Assembly: GCA_963720565.1 (NCBI GenBank)
Contig: CAVRFW010000005.1
Span: 320,001 to 384,000, forward strand
Direction: 5' to 3'
Source: Candidatus Bathyarchaeota archaeon
GTDB taxonomy: Archaea; Thermoproteota; Bathyarchaeia; Bathyarchaeales; Bathycorpusculaceae
DNA: 64,000 nucleotides
Shown here: positions 31,651-41,424 of the stretch, piece after piece
Layout: the number at the start of each line of letters is the position of its first letter
Numbering within the stretch: the stretch's first letter is position 1
Program-made: the position numbers and the translations under genes
Notes under the pieces: model-generated
Seen by the model: the letters and a program-made list of their open reading frames with translations, nothing else
Databases searched by the model: none
What the model was told of the DNA's origin: nothing

Positions 31651-32862
31651 TTGGCAACGATTAAAGCAACGGCGAGAGCAAAAGGAATCGAGTATGCAAT
31701 ACGAGACGTCATAGCCCACACTGAACATCTTGTTAGAAACGGTAAGAAAATCTACTACCTAAACATTGGCGACCCAGCAGCCTTTGACTTTAAGACACCC
31801 CAGAACGTTAAAGACGCATTATGCAAGGCAGTTCAAGAGGACGACAACTACTATTCGCCTTCGGAAGGGCGAATTGAGCTTCGCGAGGCAATAGTAAGGA
31901 AGGAAAAAAGAGTCAACAACGTTGACATTACCGCAGATAATGTTTTAGTCACGGAGGGCATTTCAGAAGGTATTCAGATGCTTCTTGCTGCCCTCGTTGA
32001 GAAAGGGGACGAAATACTTTTCCCCGGTCCAACTTATCCGCCATACATTTCTTACACGAAATTCTTCAATGGTACGCCAGTCGCATACGAAACCATTGAG
32101 GAAGAAGGATGGCAGCCTAACCTTGATGATTTGAGAAGCAAAATCTCTGATAAAACACGTGCTATAGTGATTACAAACCCTAACAATCCAACAGGCTCGG
32201 TTTATGATGGAAAAATACTTCGAGAAATGCTTGACATTGCAGGGGAATACAAACTACTTGTGGTGTCAGATGAAATTTACGACCAATTAACTTACGAGAA
32301 AGAGTTCGTTAGCACATCCTACTTATCCAACGACGTGCCAGTGGTCGGGTTGAATGGGTTCTCCAAAGTCTATCAGATGACTGGCTGGCGCTTGGGATAC
32401 CTGTACTTCAAAGGAGAAGGAGATCAGCTTGATGAGCTTAAGCGGTCAGTGGAGAAAGAATGCAGAATCCGAATATGCGCTAATACGCCGGTGCAAATTG
32501 CAGGAGCTGCTGCACTTGATGGTCCGCAGGACTTTGTTGACGACATAGTTGATAAGCTGAAACAGAGAAGAGACTTTGCCTGGAAACGCCTAAACGAGAT
32601 TGAAGGCATAAGCACAACAAAACCCGAAGGAGCTTTCTACATTTTCCCAAGAATACATGATGTAGGCTCAAGATGGAAGACTGATATGGAATTCGTCGTT
32701 AAACTGCTAAAGGAAACGGGCGTTTTAACCGTTAATGGCTCAGGCTTCGACCCGATATACGGAGAAGGTCACGCTCGATTAGTATTTCTGCCACCGATAA
32801 AAGAGCTGGATGAAGCATTTAACGCTCTAGAAAGGTTTATGAGCAATAAACAAGCCGACTAA
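31651..32862 (+). CDS. Class I PLP aminotransferase, alanine aminotransferase (AlaA)-like
   Basis: IEYAIRD, LNIGDP, NPNNPTG, SDEIYD, NGFSKVYQMTGWRLGY, GSGF. Confidence 0.85.
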   Translation: MATIKATARAKGIEYAIRDVIAHTEHLVRNGKKIYYLNIGDPAAFDFKTPQNVKDALCKAVQEDDNYYSPSEGRIELREAIVRKEKRVNNVDITADNVLVTEGISEGIQMLLAALVEKGDEILFPGPTYPPYISYTKFFNGTPVAYETIEEEGWQPNLDDLRSKISDKTRAIVITNPNNPTGSVYDGKILREMLDIAGEYKLLVVSDEIYDQLTYEKEFVSTSYLSNDVPVVGLNGFSKVYQMTGWRLGYLYFKGEGDQLDELKRSVEKECRIRICANTPVQIAGAAALDGPQDFVDDIVDKLKQRRDFAWKRLNEIEGISTTKPEGAFYIFPRIHDVGSRWKTDMEFVVKLLKETGVLTVNGSGFDPIYGEGHARLVFLPPIKELDEAFNALERFMSNKQAD

Positions 32863-32891
32863 AGAAAGCAAGCGCGTTGGATACGGTTAAA

Positions 32892-33782
32892 TCACAGTGG
32901 AATTCTCACGCCTTGATTTGGATCTTCGATTACCTTCTGGAACTCAGCCATCAGCTTCTTTGTAATTGGACCAGGGGTTCCCGTGCCAATTTGGCGTTTG
33001 TTAACTTCGCGTATGGGCACCATCTCCATGGCTGTTCCAGTGAAGAAAGCCTCGTCAGCACTGAACAGCATGAACGGCGTCAAGTTGGTCACTGTAAGCT
33101 TGTAGCCCAGCTTAACAGTCAGGTTTGCAATGACTTCAGCGGTGATGCCTGCTAAAGCTCCAGAAGAAGGAGGAGGAGTTAGTAATTCGCCGTTTTTAAC
33201 AATGAACACGTTTTCGCCGACGCCTTCGGCAACATAACCGTTGTTCTCCAAGCAAATGGCTTCATCAAAGCCATTAATGTTGGCTTCAATCTTTGCCAAA
33301 ATGCTGTTAAGGTAGTTGAGTGACTTTATTTCGTGCGTTGTTGTGTCAACTGGATTTCTTCTAACCCACGAGAACATGACTGTAATACCGTTTTCCTTAG
33401 CTCCAGCAGCATGCAATGATATGGTGTCAGTTATGATAATGACCGAAGGCTTGGGGCATTTTCTCGGGTCTAACCCCAGATCTCCAACGCCTCGAGTGAC
33501 TAACAAACGTATGTAGGCATCTTTCAGCTTGTTCTTACTGAGAGTCTCAAGAACAGCTTGAATCATTTTTTCTTTTGTTAACGGTATCTTCAGCATAATG
33601 GCGTGGGCTGAACGGTACAAGCGGTCAATGTGTTCTTCGAGTTTGAACACTACGCCATTATAGGCGCGGATTCCCTCGAAAACACCGTCACCGTATAATA
33701 AGCCATGATCGTAGACAGAAACTTTGGCTTGAGATTTAGGATAGTAAGCGCCGTCTATATAGACAATAATTTCGTTGCTCAT
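32892..33782 (-). CDS. ilvE: Branched-chain amino acid aminotransferase
   Basis: DHGLLYGDGVFEGIR, KSLNYLN, EGVGENVF, LAGIT, ADEAFFTGTA.E. Confidence 0.95.
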   Translation of the reverse strand: MSNEIIVYIDGAYYPKSQAKVSVYDHGLLYGDGVFEGIRAYNGVVFKLEEHIDRLYRSAHAIMLKIPLTKEKMIQAVLETLSKNKLKDAYIRLLVTRGVGDLGLDPRKCPKPSVIIITDTISLHAAGAKENGITVMFSWVRRNPVDTTTHEIKSLNYLNSILAKIEANINGFDEAICLENNGYVAEGVGENVFIVKNGELLTPPPSSGALAGITAEVIANLTVKLGYKLTVTNLTPFMLFSADEAFFTGTAMEMVPIREVNKRQIGTGTPGPITKKLMAEFQKVIEDPNQGVRIPL

Positions 33783-33871
33783 CCAAGCTTCACTTCTTTT
33801 GGTGCATGTTTCATATCGTTTGATTTTGATATATTTTGCGGCAATGATATGGATGATTCACATATTGCCTG

Positions 33872-35749
33872 TCATCCATGAAACAGGGGTCTCTTCGAGA
33901 GGTAAAGCGGTAAGGGAAGTGGTTTAAATGGTTTGTCAGCGATTTTGTCACACAATTTTGCTATTAGTTCATTTAGCGTTATGTTTTGCTGCAAACCACG
34001 TGTTTCGCGGTCTCTGACTGACAGTGTTCCAGAAGCAATTTCTTTTTCCCCAACGACGATTATGTAGGGTATCCACTCTTGCTCTGCTTCCCTAATTTTT
34101 TTCTGTAGGGTTGATGAACTGTCGTCAATATCTGCTCGAATGCAATGAGCGGTTATTTGTTTAGCTATTTCTTCAACCTTACCCAAGAATTTGTCCGAGA
34201 TTGGGATAAGTCGAACCTGAGTCGGAGAGAGCCAAAGCGGGAGCATTGGCGCCTTGCCTTTCATTTGTTCTCTGTAAGCTTTCTCGAGCAATGCGTAGAT
34301 GTCTCTTTCAATGGCTCCACTTGGTGAACAGTGCAGAATCAGTGGGTACTGCTTTTCACCTTTGTCATCAACATATGTTATCTCGTAACGCTTGGCGTTT
34401 TCGACATCAATCTGGTCCGTTGATAGAGCTGCCGCTTTGTCCTGGTTGTCTACGAAGTTGGCTTCCCATTTCAGTATGAAATAGAAGAATCGTTCCGCCC
34501 AAAGCTCTACCAAGAGGGGTTTGCCAAAGATTCGAGCTATGTCTGCGATGAAGTCTTTGTTTTCTTCGTAGAAATCCTTTGTGAATCTTATCGCCACTTC
34601 GTAGTCTTCTTTTGATAAGCCTATGTCGCTTAGGACGCTTATGCATAGGTTAAAGCGCGTTCTAAACTCGTTTGTAGCTTGCGTTAGGTCAGTGCAGAAC
34701 GCGTGACAGTCGGGCATCGTAAACGCGCGCAGCCGTCTTAGACCTACCACTTCTCCGCTTTTCTCGCGTCTGAAACTGTACCTTGTTAGTTCGTATAGCT
34801 TAAGAGGCATCTGCCTGTATGAAACTTGAGCATCATGGAGCATCAGAAACTGTCCGAAGCACGCAGAGAACCTGAGAAATAGTTCTTTGTCTTCGGTTTT
34901 TAGCAGGTATTGACGAGCTGGGAAACGATTCAGATAGTCCGCTAGGCTTGGATGCTGGTAATCATACATGATGGGAGTCTCAACTTCCATGGCACCGTAA
35001 GCTACCATTCTCGAAGTGACATACTGTTCAAGCAAAGACTTAATCAATCTGCCTTTTGGGTACCAGCGAATGTTGCCAGGGTCGCTTCCCTGCTCATAGT
35101 CAGCTATCTCGAGTCGCTTCATTAATGTAACATGAGGCGGCATCTGCTGGCTTGCTCGGACCTTAGCGATTTCGTATTTGGAGAATTTCTGCAGGTTTTC
35201 GTGTCCTTTAAAGTTGAAATCTTCGATTGGCACGAGTTTTCCATCGGGCTGTAGGATATGCCAGAAAGATTTCAGTTTCTCCTCAGCTTTTACGGCCTGT
35301 GAAACTTGATCTTCTTTCTTGATCTCTTCTTTGTCGGAAGTGGGTGCATAGAATCGTGATTGCTCAGCCAGAGGATGTCCCTTTATGGAGATTGTGAACT
35401 GTTTATTCCAGCCAAAAGGAGCGCGGTATGTTTCGATGCCTTTTTGTTTGGCGTAGGTTTCCATGTCCTTTATGAGTTTCAATGCTTCACTGGGTTTGCT
35501 TAAGACGTTGCTCAGATGTGCGAAGGGATAAATCAGGATTCTGTTTGTTTTTTGTTTTCCCAGAAATGCTCTAGTGTCATCTATGGCTTTCTGGGCTAAA
35601 ATTGAGTTGTCGCCCTCCTCAATGGCTACGAACAGAACAACCGCTTCTTCGATACGATTCTCTTTCTTCTCAGCTTCTTCTGCTATGCTGATTTCTTTCT
35701 CAACAGGTTTGTAAACAATAAAGTTAGAGTGTAATTGCAGTACTCGCAT
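33872..35749 (-). CDS. thrS: Threonine--tRNA ligase, archaeal type
   Basis: N-terminal LQLHS..YPFAHLS..APFGW.K editing domain; LRFSACFG, FRRE, RLRAFTMPDCH, LHCSPSG.IER. Confidence 0.96.
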   Translation of the reverse strand: MRVLQLHSNFIVYKPVEKEISIAEEAEKKENRIEEAVVLFVAIEEGDNSILAQKAIDDTRAFLGKQKTNRILIYPFAHLSNVLSKPSEALKLIKDMETYAKQKGIETYRAPFGWNKQFTISIKGHPLAEQSRFYAPTSDKEEIKKEDQVSQAVKAEEKLKSFWHILQPDGKLVPIEDFNFKGHENLQKFSKYEIAKVRASQQMPPHVTLMKRLEIADYEQGSDPGNIRWYPKGRLIKSLLEQYVTSRMVAYGAMEVETPIMYDYQHPSLADYLNRFPARQYLLKTEDKELFLRFSACFGQFLMLHDAQVSYRQMPLKLYELTRYSFRREKSGEVVGLRRLRAFTMPDCHAFCTDLTQATNEFRTRFNLCISVLSDIGLSKEDYEVAIRFTKDFYEENKDFIADIARIFGKPLLVELWAERFFYFILKWEANFVDNQDKAAALSTDQIDVENAKRYEITYVDDKGEKQYPLILHCSPSGAIERDIYALLEKAYREQMKGKAPMLPLWLSPTQVRLIPISDKFLGKVEEIAKQITAHCIRADIDDSSSTLQKKIREAEQEWIPYIIVVGEKEIASGTLSVRDRETRGLQQNITLNELIAKLCDKIADKPFKPLPLPLYLSKRPLFHG

Positions 35750-35762
35750 GATATTTCACGCT

Positions 35763-35972
35763 CTATGCGCCGTAACGCCATTTCTCAAGGGTTTTGTCTT
35801 TCTTTGTCTTCTTCTTGAATTCTTTGTAATGCTCTTTGCAGAGAAAAACGCGTTTTTCGCCACTCCCAACTTTTAATCCAGCAGATTGGGCTTTCTCGGT
35901 CGAAATCGACCGAGCAGCTTCATTTTTGCAGCCAGACACGCTGCATTTTACCCCTTTATCTATGCGACCCAA
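35763..35972 (-). CDS. Small basic Zn-binding protein (C-x4-C...C-x2-H)
   Basis: TTG start; KCSVSGC...LCKEHYKEFKK; co-oriented between pfkB and thrS. Confidence 0.7.
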   Translation of the reverse strand: MGRIDKGVKCSVSGCKNEAARSISTEKAQSAGLKVGSGEKRVFLCKEHYKEFKKKTKKDKTLEKWRYGA

Positions 35973-36014
35973 CAGTCCACGCCTCACGTAATCTTTTACG
36001 CAGTACAATATGCG

Positions 36015-36935
36015 CTATTGCTTAATTCCTTTTTCATAGAGAGACCAAGCTCTCTGATAAATTTCTTCTTTCTCCCCGAAAAATGTGGGTCCTATACCTT
36101 CGACAACAAGGGAGGCCGCCGCAGAACCCACACAAGCACACCACAACGAATCCTTTTCCCGATTGTACTCAGTCAAGAAACTACCCATGAAAACGTCTCC
36201 TGCGCCCGTAGGATCAACCACGGTTGAAGAACTGCACGCGGGCACTCGATAGACAGTCCGCTCAACAGAAAGAACAGCGCCATCGGCACCCAACGTTACA
36301 ATTACAGTCGCAACTCCAAAATCGTGGATAGCTTTTATTGCTGAGTCAAGATTCGAACATCCCGTCAGAGCGATAATTTCATCCTGCGAAGACTTGTAGA
36401 TGTTAATGAGACTTAGTAGGTTCTTGTCAACTGGTAAATTGAATCCAACATCGCCAGCTGCGTCAAAACTTCGCAACAAACCTTGTGGGTCAAGTGCTAA
36501 CACTTCAGCGCAACTCTTCAATTTCTCAACGACATCATAAGAGATTTCCCCAGCAATAGACGCTATGTGCACGGTTTTAGCTTTTAGAGGACACGGTAGG
36601 TCACAAACGTCAATTGGAGGCGCTCGGTTCCTTAATTTCAGAGTTCTATTGGCAAAATCTTCACTGTACTCCAGCTCAAAGCGAGTTGTCTGCTCATTCG
36701 CAAGCCTAACAACTCCAGATAAGTCTACACCTTCTTGCCCAAGCCACCACAAGTAAGCTTCCGGAAAATCTCCTCCAACCTTAGAGATTACAGCGACAGA
36801 CCCGCCCAAACGTCTTGTCACAAGAGACGAATAAGCTACAGAACCACCCAAAATAACCAAGGGCCCAGTTCGACTAGGTAGATGGATTGTATCTATAGAA
36901 AAATGGCCAATCACCACTAAGTCGGAATCTTGCAC
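36015..36935 (-). CDS. PfkB family carbohydrate kinase
   Basis: GGSVAY, SKVGGDF, DPQG, VTLGADG, DPTGAGDVF. Confidence 0.92.
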   Translation of the reverse strand: MQDSDLVVIGHFSIDTIHLPSRTGPLVILGGSVAYSSLVTRRLGGSVAVISKVGGDFPEAYLWWLGQEGVDLSGVVRLANEQTTRFELEYSEDFANRTLKLRNRAPPIDVCDLPCPLKAKTVHIASIAGEISYDVVEKLKSCAEVLALDPQGLLRSFDAAGDVGFNLPVDKNLLSLINIYKSSQDEIIALTGCSNLDSAIKAIHDFGVATVIVTLGADGAVLSVERTVYRVPACSSSTVVDPTGAGDVFMGSFLTEYNREKDSLWCACVGSAAASLVVEGIGPTFFGEKEEIYQRAWSLYEKGIKQ

Positions 36936-37005
36936 TAAACCCCGAAGCTCCTCACACGAAACTAATTGACTTACGTATTTATAGAAATAGCCATTTTCAC
37001 CAATG

Positions 37006-37368
37006 CTACGTCTGAAGAAGCAGTATGGCTTTTGCCAAATCGCCTTCGCATTCTTCTAATGCTTTTCTAGCTGCATCTGGACTTTTGCCTGTTTGGTCAG
37101 CCACGAGTTGAACGTCTTCTTCTGAAACGGTGATTGCAGGAGTTGCCGTAGCTTTGTGCTCAGGAGCTTTTTCGGTGACTTGACCGCCAATGACCTGAAA
37201 GATTTTTTGCCCTTGCATCTCAAGTATTGCCACCTCAGGTTGGTCCACTACAATTTCCTTGGTGCTGGTCTTTATGATGACTTGTTCAACGTCTGGAACA
37301 GAATCCATGTTCATGCCCATGCGCTGCATCATGCGTTTTGTTTCGCGCGGATTCATTCGTCTATTCAT
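37006..37368 (-). CDS. nac: Nascent polypeptide-associated complex protein
   Basis: NPRETKRMMQRMG, EEDVQLVADQTG, GDLAKAIL (UBA-like end). Confidence 0.95.
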   Translation of the reverse strand: MNRRMNPRETKRMMQRMGMNMDSVPDVEQVIIKTSTKEIVVDQPEVAILEMQGQKIFQVIGGQVTEKAPEHKATATPAITVSEEDVQLVADQTGKSPDAARKALEECEGDLAKAILLLQT

Positions 37369-37413
37369 TATAACTTCGCTCCACCAAATAGTTCGCAGTT
37401 GAACTTTTTATAT

Positions 37414-37884
37414 TTAACTTTCCTTCTTGCAACCGTGTCTAACCTTGACAGCAACGCCGGTCTTAAATGCTGTCATCTCTGAACTTGACAGTAAAGCGCG
37501 GCCAACCGCTAACACATTGTTATCTTCGTCTAAAACAATTACTTCGTCTTTTGACCGGATTGCCTCATTAGCTTTGATAACGTGCACGGCAAACACGTCT
37601 CCTCCTTTGGCAATAAACTCGGAAACATCATTTCGCACTGTAACGAAGCATTGAGCTAAACCGCCGTGTTCAACAACACATCTTGCAGCGATTATGCTTA
37701 GAGAAAGCAAGCCATCAGTGGGGCGGAGCGTTGCTAGTCTTTCACCATCTAAACTAACGTATCGGATCCTGCCCGTCGCCTTAGAATATGAGATTTCTAC
37801 AGTTTCCGGGAAAAGGTTATCGCCAATTCCTTTTCCGAATTGATAGTCAGCAACACTTCTGATTCTCCTAAGAGGGTTTTCCAA
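37414..37884 (-). CDS. PUA-domain protein (archaeosine tRNA-ribosyltransferase C-terminal-like)
   Basis: ADYQFG, TGRIR, LATLR..DG, GGDVFA.HV, DEVIV, AVGRA, GVAVKVRHG. Confidence 0.85.
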   Translation of the reverse strand: MENPLRRIRSVADYQFGKGIGDNLFPETVEISYSKATGRIRYVSLDGERLATLRPTDGLLSLSIIAARCVVEHGGLAQCFVTVRNDVSEFIAKGGDVFAVHVIKANEAIRSKDEVIVLDEDNNVLAVGRALLSSSEMTAFKTGVAVKVRHGCKKES

Positions 37885-37967
37885 AGATGTACACCTTTTC
37901 TTTTTGCTTCTCGGTTCGACAACTATAAACACGACATTACAATAAAAACAGTTTAGGTGTACATCAA

Positions 37968-38498
37968 TTGAGATGTGAAGTTTGCGGATGCAAAATCAAT
38001 AGTCCCCTAAGAGCCTTAATCGAAGGCGCTAGGCTTACAGTTTGTATTGAATGTTCAAAGCATGGAAAAATAATCCGCGAAGATTATGTGGAACCCGGGC
38101 AGAAAGCTCCGAGAAAGACCCAATTGCTAGCTTCAGCGAAAATGCAGAAAAAGAAGACTTTTGAAGCTAAAGTGGAAATCACTCAGGAGGTAGTGGAAGG
38201 ATATCACACGAAAATTCGACAGGCTCGGGAAAAGCTTGGGCTATCACATGATGAGTTGGGCAAAAGAATAAACGAAAAGGCTTCGGTCCTAAGCAAACTT
38301 GAAACTGGAAAGATGACGCCTAACAATATTCTCGTCTCAAAGCTAGAGCATGCGCTTAAAATCAAGTTGCTCGTTTCAATATCGGAGGACAAAATTCCCG
38401 AGAGCACTCAACCGCAAAATCGTGAGTTAACACTTGGCGATTTGATTCAGCTGAGCAAGAAAGGCACGGAGGAGCAGACAGAACGAAAGCAATCTTAG
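37968..38498 (+). CDS. Archaeal multiprotein bridging factor aMBF1
   Basis: CEVCG...CIEC Zn ribbon, HTH IRQAREKLGLS..ELG..INEK, LTLGD. Confidence 0.93.
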   Translation: MRCEVCGCKINSPLRALIEGARLTVCIECSKHGKIIREDYVEPGQKAPRKTQLLASAKMQKKKTFEAKVEITQEVVEGYHTKIRQAREKLGLSHDELGKRINEKASVLSKLETGKMTPNNILVSKLEHALKIKLLVSISEDKIPESTQPQNRELTLGDLIQLSKKGTEEQTERKQS

Positions 38499-39754
38499 TG
38501 CAACGCCGACTTAACCGTGAAAAACCAAGTTTGGAAGAACTCAAACGACTGGCAGAGGCAGCTGGGTACACGGTTGCCGCAACACTCGAACAAGTAAGAG
38601 AACCTGACGCGCGCTACCAGATAGGAGCCGGAAAGGTTGAAGAGCTCGCCAGGCTGGTGAAGGAAAACGGCATTGAAAAAATACTATTTGACAATCCACT
38701 GAAACCAGTTCAATCCTACAACTTGGCAAAAGCCACCGGCATTGAGGCGATCGACCGCTTCAAATTGATACTCGAGATTTTCATAAAAAGAGCCACAACG
38801 ACGGAGGCTCTGCTCCAGATACAGCTAGCCACACTAAAATACGAACTTGCTCACGCCAAAGAAAGAGTACGATTGGCCAAGATGACCGAGCAACCTGGAT
38901 TCATGGGTCTGGGCGCTTATGAAGTTGACGTTTACCAGGAAGCGGTCAAACAGCAGGTTCACACTATCCAAAGGAAACTCAAGAAAATCCGAGAAAAGCG
39001 ACTCTTGCACCGTGAAAGAAGAAGCGAATTGGGGTTTTCAGCCATTTCATTGGCGGGGTATACAAATGCTGGAAAGAGTTCCTTGTTTAATGCGCTGACG
39101 GAAGAGACAGTCCGTGTGGACTCTAAGCTTTTTACAACTTTGTCGACCACGACCCGCTTTGTCGAAATTTCAAAAAGGAAGTTCTTAATAACGGACACAG
39201 TTGGTTTTATAGACCGTTTGCCCCTAACGCTGATAGAAGCGTTCCACTCAACTCTGGAAGAAACTATCTATTCAGACCTGATAATTCTGGTCCTAGACAT
39301 AAGTGAATCATTAGAAATGATTGAAAAGAAAAACAACATTTGTCTAGAGACAATAGACCGCATAGGAGCGTCCGGCATTCCGATCCTGACGACATTGAAC
39401 AAGATTGACTTGCTGGAAAAGACAGAAGTAGAAGAAAAACTGAAAATACTGGAAATGAAAATCAAAAACCCCGTTCTCATATCAGCGCTCCGTAAAACAA
39501 ATCTTGAACCGGTAAAGAATGTGATTCTTGAAAAGCTTGGAGACTATGTCAGAGTATCTTTCTCCATCCCAATGAGCAGCCAAACCATGTCGTTCATGTC
39601 ATGGATCCATGAAAGGGCAGATGTCCAGAAAGTAAGTTACATGAGCGACTCTGTGCAGGTGATTCTCGAGGCTGCACCTTGGTTCGCTGAAAAAGTCAGA
39701 AAACGAGTAAAGGACCTCGGTGGAAAATTTGAAACAAACCACGAGAATCCGTGA
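38498..39754 (+). CDS. hflX: GTPase HflX (true start probably 38483)
   Basis: IGAGKVEE, IDRFKLILEIF, GYTNAGKSS, LFTTLSTT, DTVGF, AFHSTLEE, NKID, ISA. Confidence 0.95.
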   Translation: MQRRLNREKPSLEELKRLAEAAGYTVAATLEQVREPDARYQIGAGKVEELARLVKENGIEKILFDNPLKPVQSYNLAKATGIEAIDRFKLILEIFIKRATTTEALLQIQLATLKYELAHAKERVRLAKMTEQPGFMGLGAYEVDVYQEAVKQQVHTIQRKLKKIREKRLLHRERRSELGFSAISLAGYTNAGKSSLFNALTEETVRVDSKLFTTLSTTTRFVEISKRKFLITDTVGFIDRLPLTLIEAFHSTLEETIYSDLIILVLDISESLEMIEKKNNICLETIDRIGASGIPILTTLNKIDLLEKTEVEEKLKILEMKIKNPVLISALRKTNLEPVKNVILEKLGDYVRVSFSIPMSSQTMSFMSWIHERADVQKVSYMSDSVQVILEAAPWFAEKVRKRVKDLGGKFETNHENP

Positions 39755-39767
39755 AAAGAAAAACAAG

Positions 39768-40313
39768 ATGCAGAAACTTGTTGTTCTTAGATGGGGTCAC
39801 AGACCTCAACGAGACGTGAGACTCACAACACACGTTGCTCTTACAGCCCGCGCTTTGGGTGCCTCAGGATTCCTGCTCTCAGATGTGGTGGACCAGAAAA
39901 TCAAAGAGACTATTGAAAGGGTTTCTCAAAATTGGGGAGGAGAATTCCTTTTTGAAATGGGAATACCTTGGAAAAGATTTGTGAGAGACTGGAAAGCTGA
40001 TGATGGTCTAGTTGTTCATCTTACTGCCTATGGCGAAAACATACAAACAAGTCACGTACTCGATCGTATCCGTGCCTTGGGAAAAAAAGTGTTGATTGTT
40101 GTGGGCAGCCAGAAAGTTCCCAAGGAATTCTTCTTAGAAGGTTATTCTGATTTTAATGTGTCAATTGGGAATCAACCACATTCAGAGTGTGCAGCGGTTG
40201 CCGTTTTCTTAGATAGATTTTTTGAAGGCAGAGAATTGGCTACGAAGTTCGAGAAGCCTAAAATAAGAATAATTCCCCAAAGAAGAGGGAAGAAAACTGA
40301 AGTCGAAAGTTGA
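39768..40313 (+). CDS. tRNA (cytidine(56)-2'-O)-methyltransferase aTrm56
   Basis: LRWGHR..RD.RLTTHVALTARALGA, VHLTAYG, VGSQKVP, NVSIGNQPHSE. Confidence 0.93.
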   Translation: MQKLVVLRWGHRPQRDVRLTTHVALTARALGASGFLLSDVVDQKIKETIERVSQNWGGEFLFEMGIPWKRFVRDWKADDGLVVHLTAYGENIQTSHVLDRIRALGKKVLIVVGSQKVPKEFFLEGYSDFNVSIGNQPHSECAAVAVFLDRFFEGRELATKFEKPKIRIIPQRRGKKTEVES

Positions 40314-40388
40314 TTATACCCAGACATTTGAATAAGAGTTTTATTGAAGCATGACACTATTAATCAGGTATCTAAAGGAAAACAGATT

Positions 40389-40901
40389 ATGTTATCAACC
40401 ATTGACGATGCTACGCTCATGAAAGTGGCGGCAGCGCTAGGTGAAGAAGAGGCTGTTCAACTTATTGAACACATAAAAAATATTGATGAGACAACAGATG
40501 ATGAAATCTCTAACAAGACTGGCATTCGGCTGAATGCAGTTCGGAAAATACTCTACAAGCTTTACGATCATTCGCTTGTAAGTTTGAGAAGAACCCGAGA
40601 CCCAAAGACAGGCTGGTTCATATTTCATTGGAAACTTCAACCGGATCAACTTGAAGGTTTCATCCTAAGTCAAAAACGCCGGGTTCTAGAGAAACTAAGC
40701 GTTCGTCTTGAGTATGAGAAGAATCACGATTTCTATTATTGCAACACGCCCGGATGCAAACGAGTCCCGTTTGAGGATGCAGTAGAATTGATTTTTCACT
40801 GTTCTATTTGCGGCAAACCATTAGAGCATAATGGAAACGAGATGATAGTTCAAAAATTATCAGAGAAAGTTGAGATTCTGAGGAAGGAACTAGGTGAGTA
40901 A
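40389..40901 (+). CDS. tfe: Transcription factor E alpha
   Basis: TDDEIS..TGI.LN.VRKILYKLY, TGWFIF.W, Zn ribbon YYC..PGC...F.C..CG. Confidence 0.93.
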   Translation: MLSTIDDATLMKVAAALGEEEAVQLIEHIKNIDETTDDEISNKTGIRLNAVRKILYKLYDHSLVSLRRTRDPKTGWFIFHWKLQPDQLEGFILSQKRRVLEKLSVRLEYEKNHDFYYCNTPGCKRVPFEDAVELIFHCSICGKPLEHNGNEMIVQKLSEKVEILRKELGE

Positions 40902-41424
40902 CGAGCTTCCTTCACGGGAGCAAGCACTGCAATTTTTACGCGAAAGCGGGTGTCACCCGAAGGTTATCAGGCATTGTGAAGCTGTTGCAAGCCTCGCATT
41001 GAAAACCGTGCAGAATGTCAAGAAAAAGAATTTGAATGTTGACTCTCACCTTGTGGAAATAGGAGCTCTCCTCCACGACATTGGTCGCTCGAAGACCCAT
41101 ACCGTTCATCATGCAGTTGTCGGAGCAGAGTTGGGGGAGGTCTTAGGCTTACCCGAACCAGTTATTTTAATAATTAAAAGGCATGTTGGCGGCGGAATTA
41201 CAAATAGCGAAGCCGAAGAATTGGGCTGGCCAAACGACGTTTATATGCCTGTGTCACTTGAAGAAAAAATCGTTTCATACGCAGACAAGCTCATCGTAAA
41301 TTCAAGGCAGGCACCAGTTGAGATAACCATCCGAAAACTGAATAGAGAAGGGAAGAAAGACGCTGCGGACAGGGTTCGGAAAATATATGAGGAAATAGAA
41401 AATCTAATTGGCGACAACTCATGA
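40894..41424 (+). CDS. HD-domain protein (TIGR00295-like)
   Basis: VIRHC, GALLHDIGRS, HAVVG, RHVGGG, EEKIVSYAD. Confidence 0.88.
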   Translation: MSNELPSREQALQFLRESGCHPKVIRHCEAVASLALKTVQNVKKKNLNVDSHLVEIGALLHDIGRSKTHTVHHAVVGAELGEVLGLPEPVILIIKRHVGGGITNSEAEELGWPNDVYMPVSLEEKIVSYADKLIVNSRQAPVEITIRKLNREGKKDAADRVRKIYEEIENLIGDNS

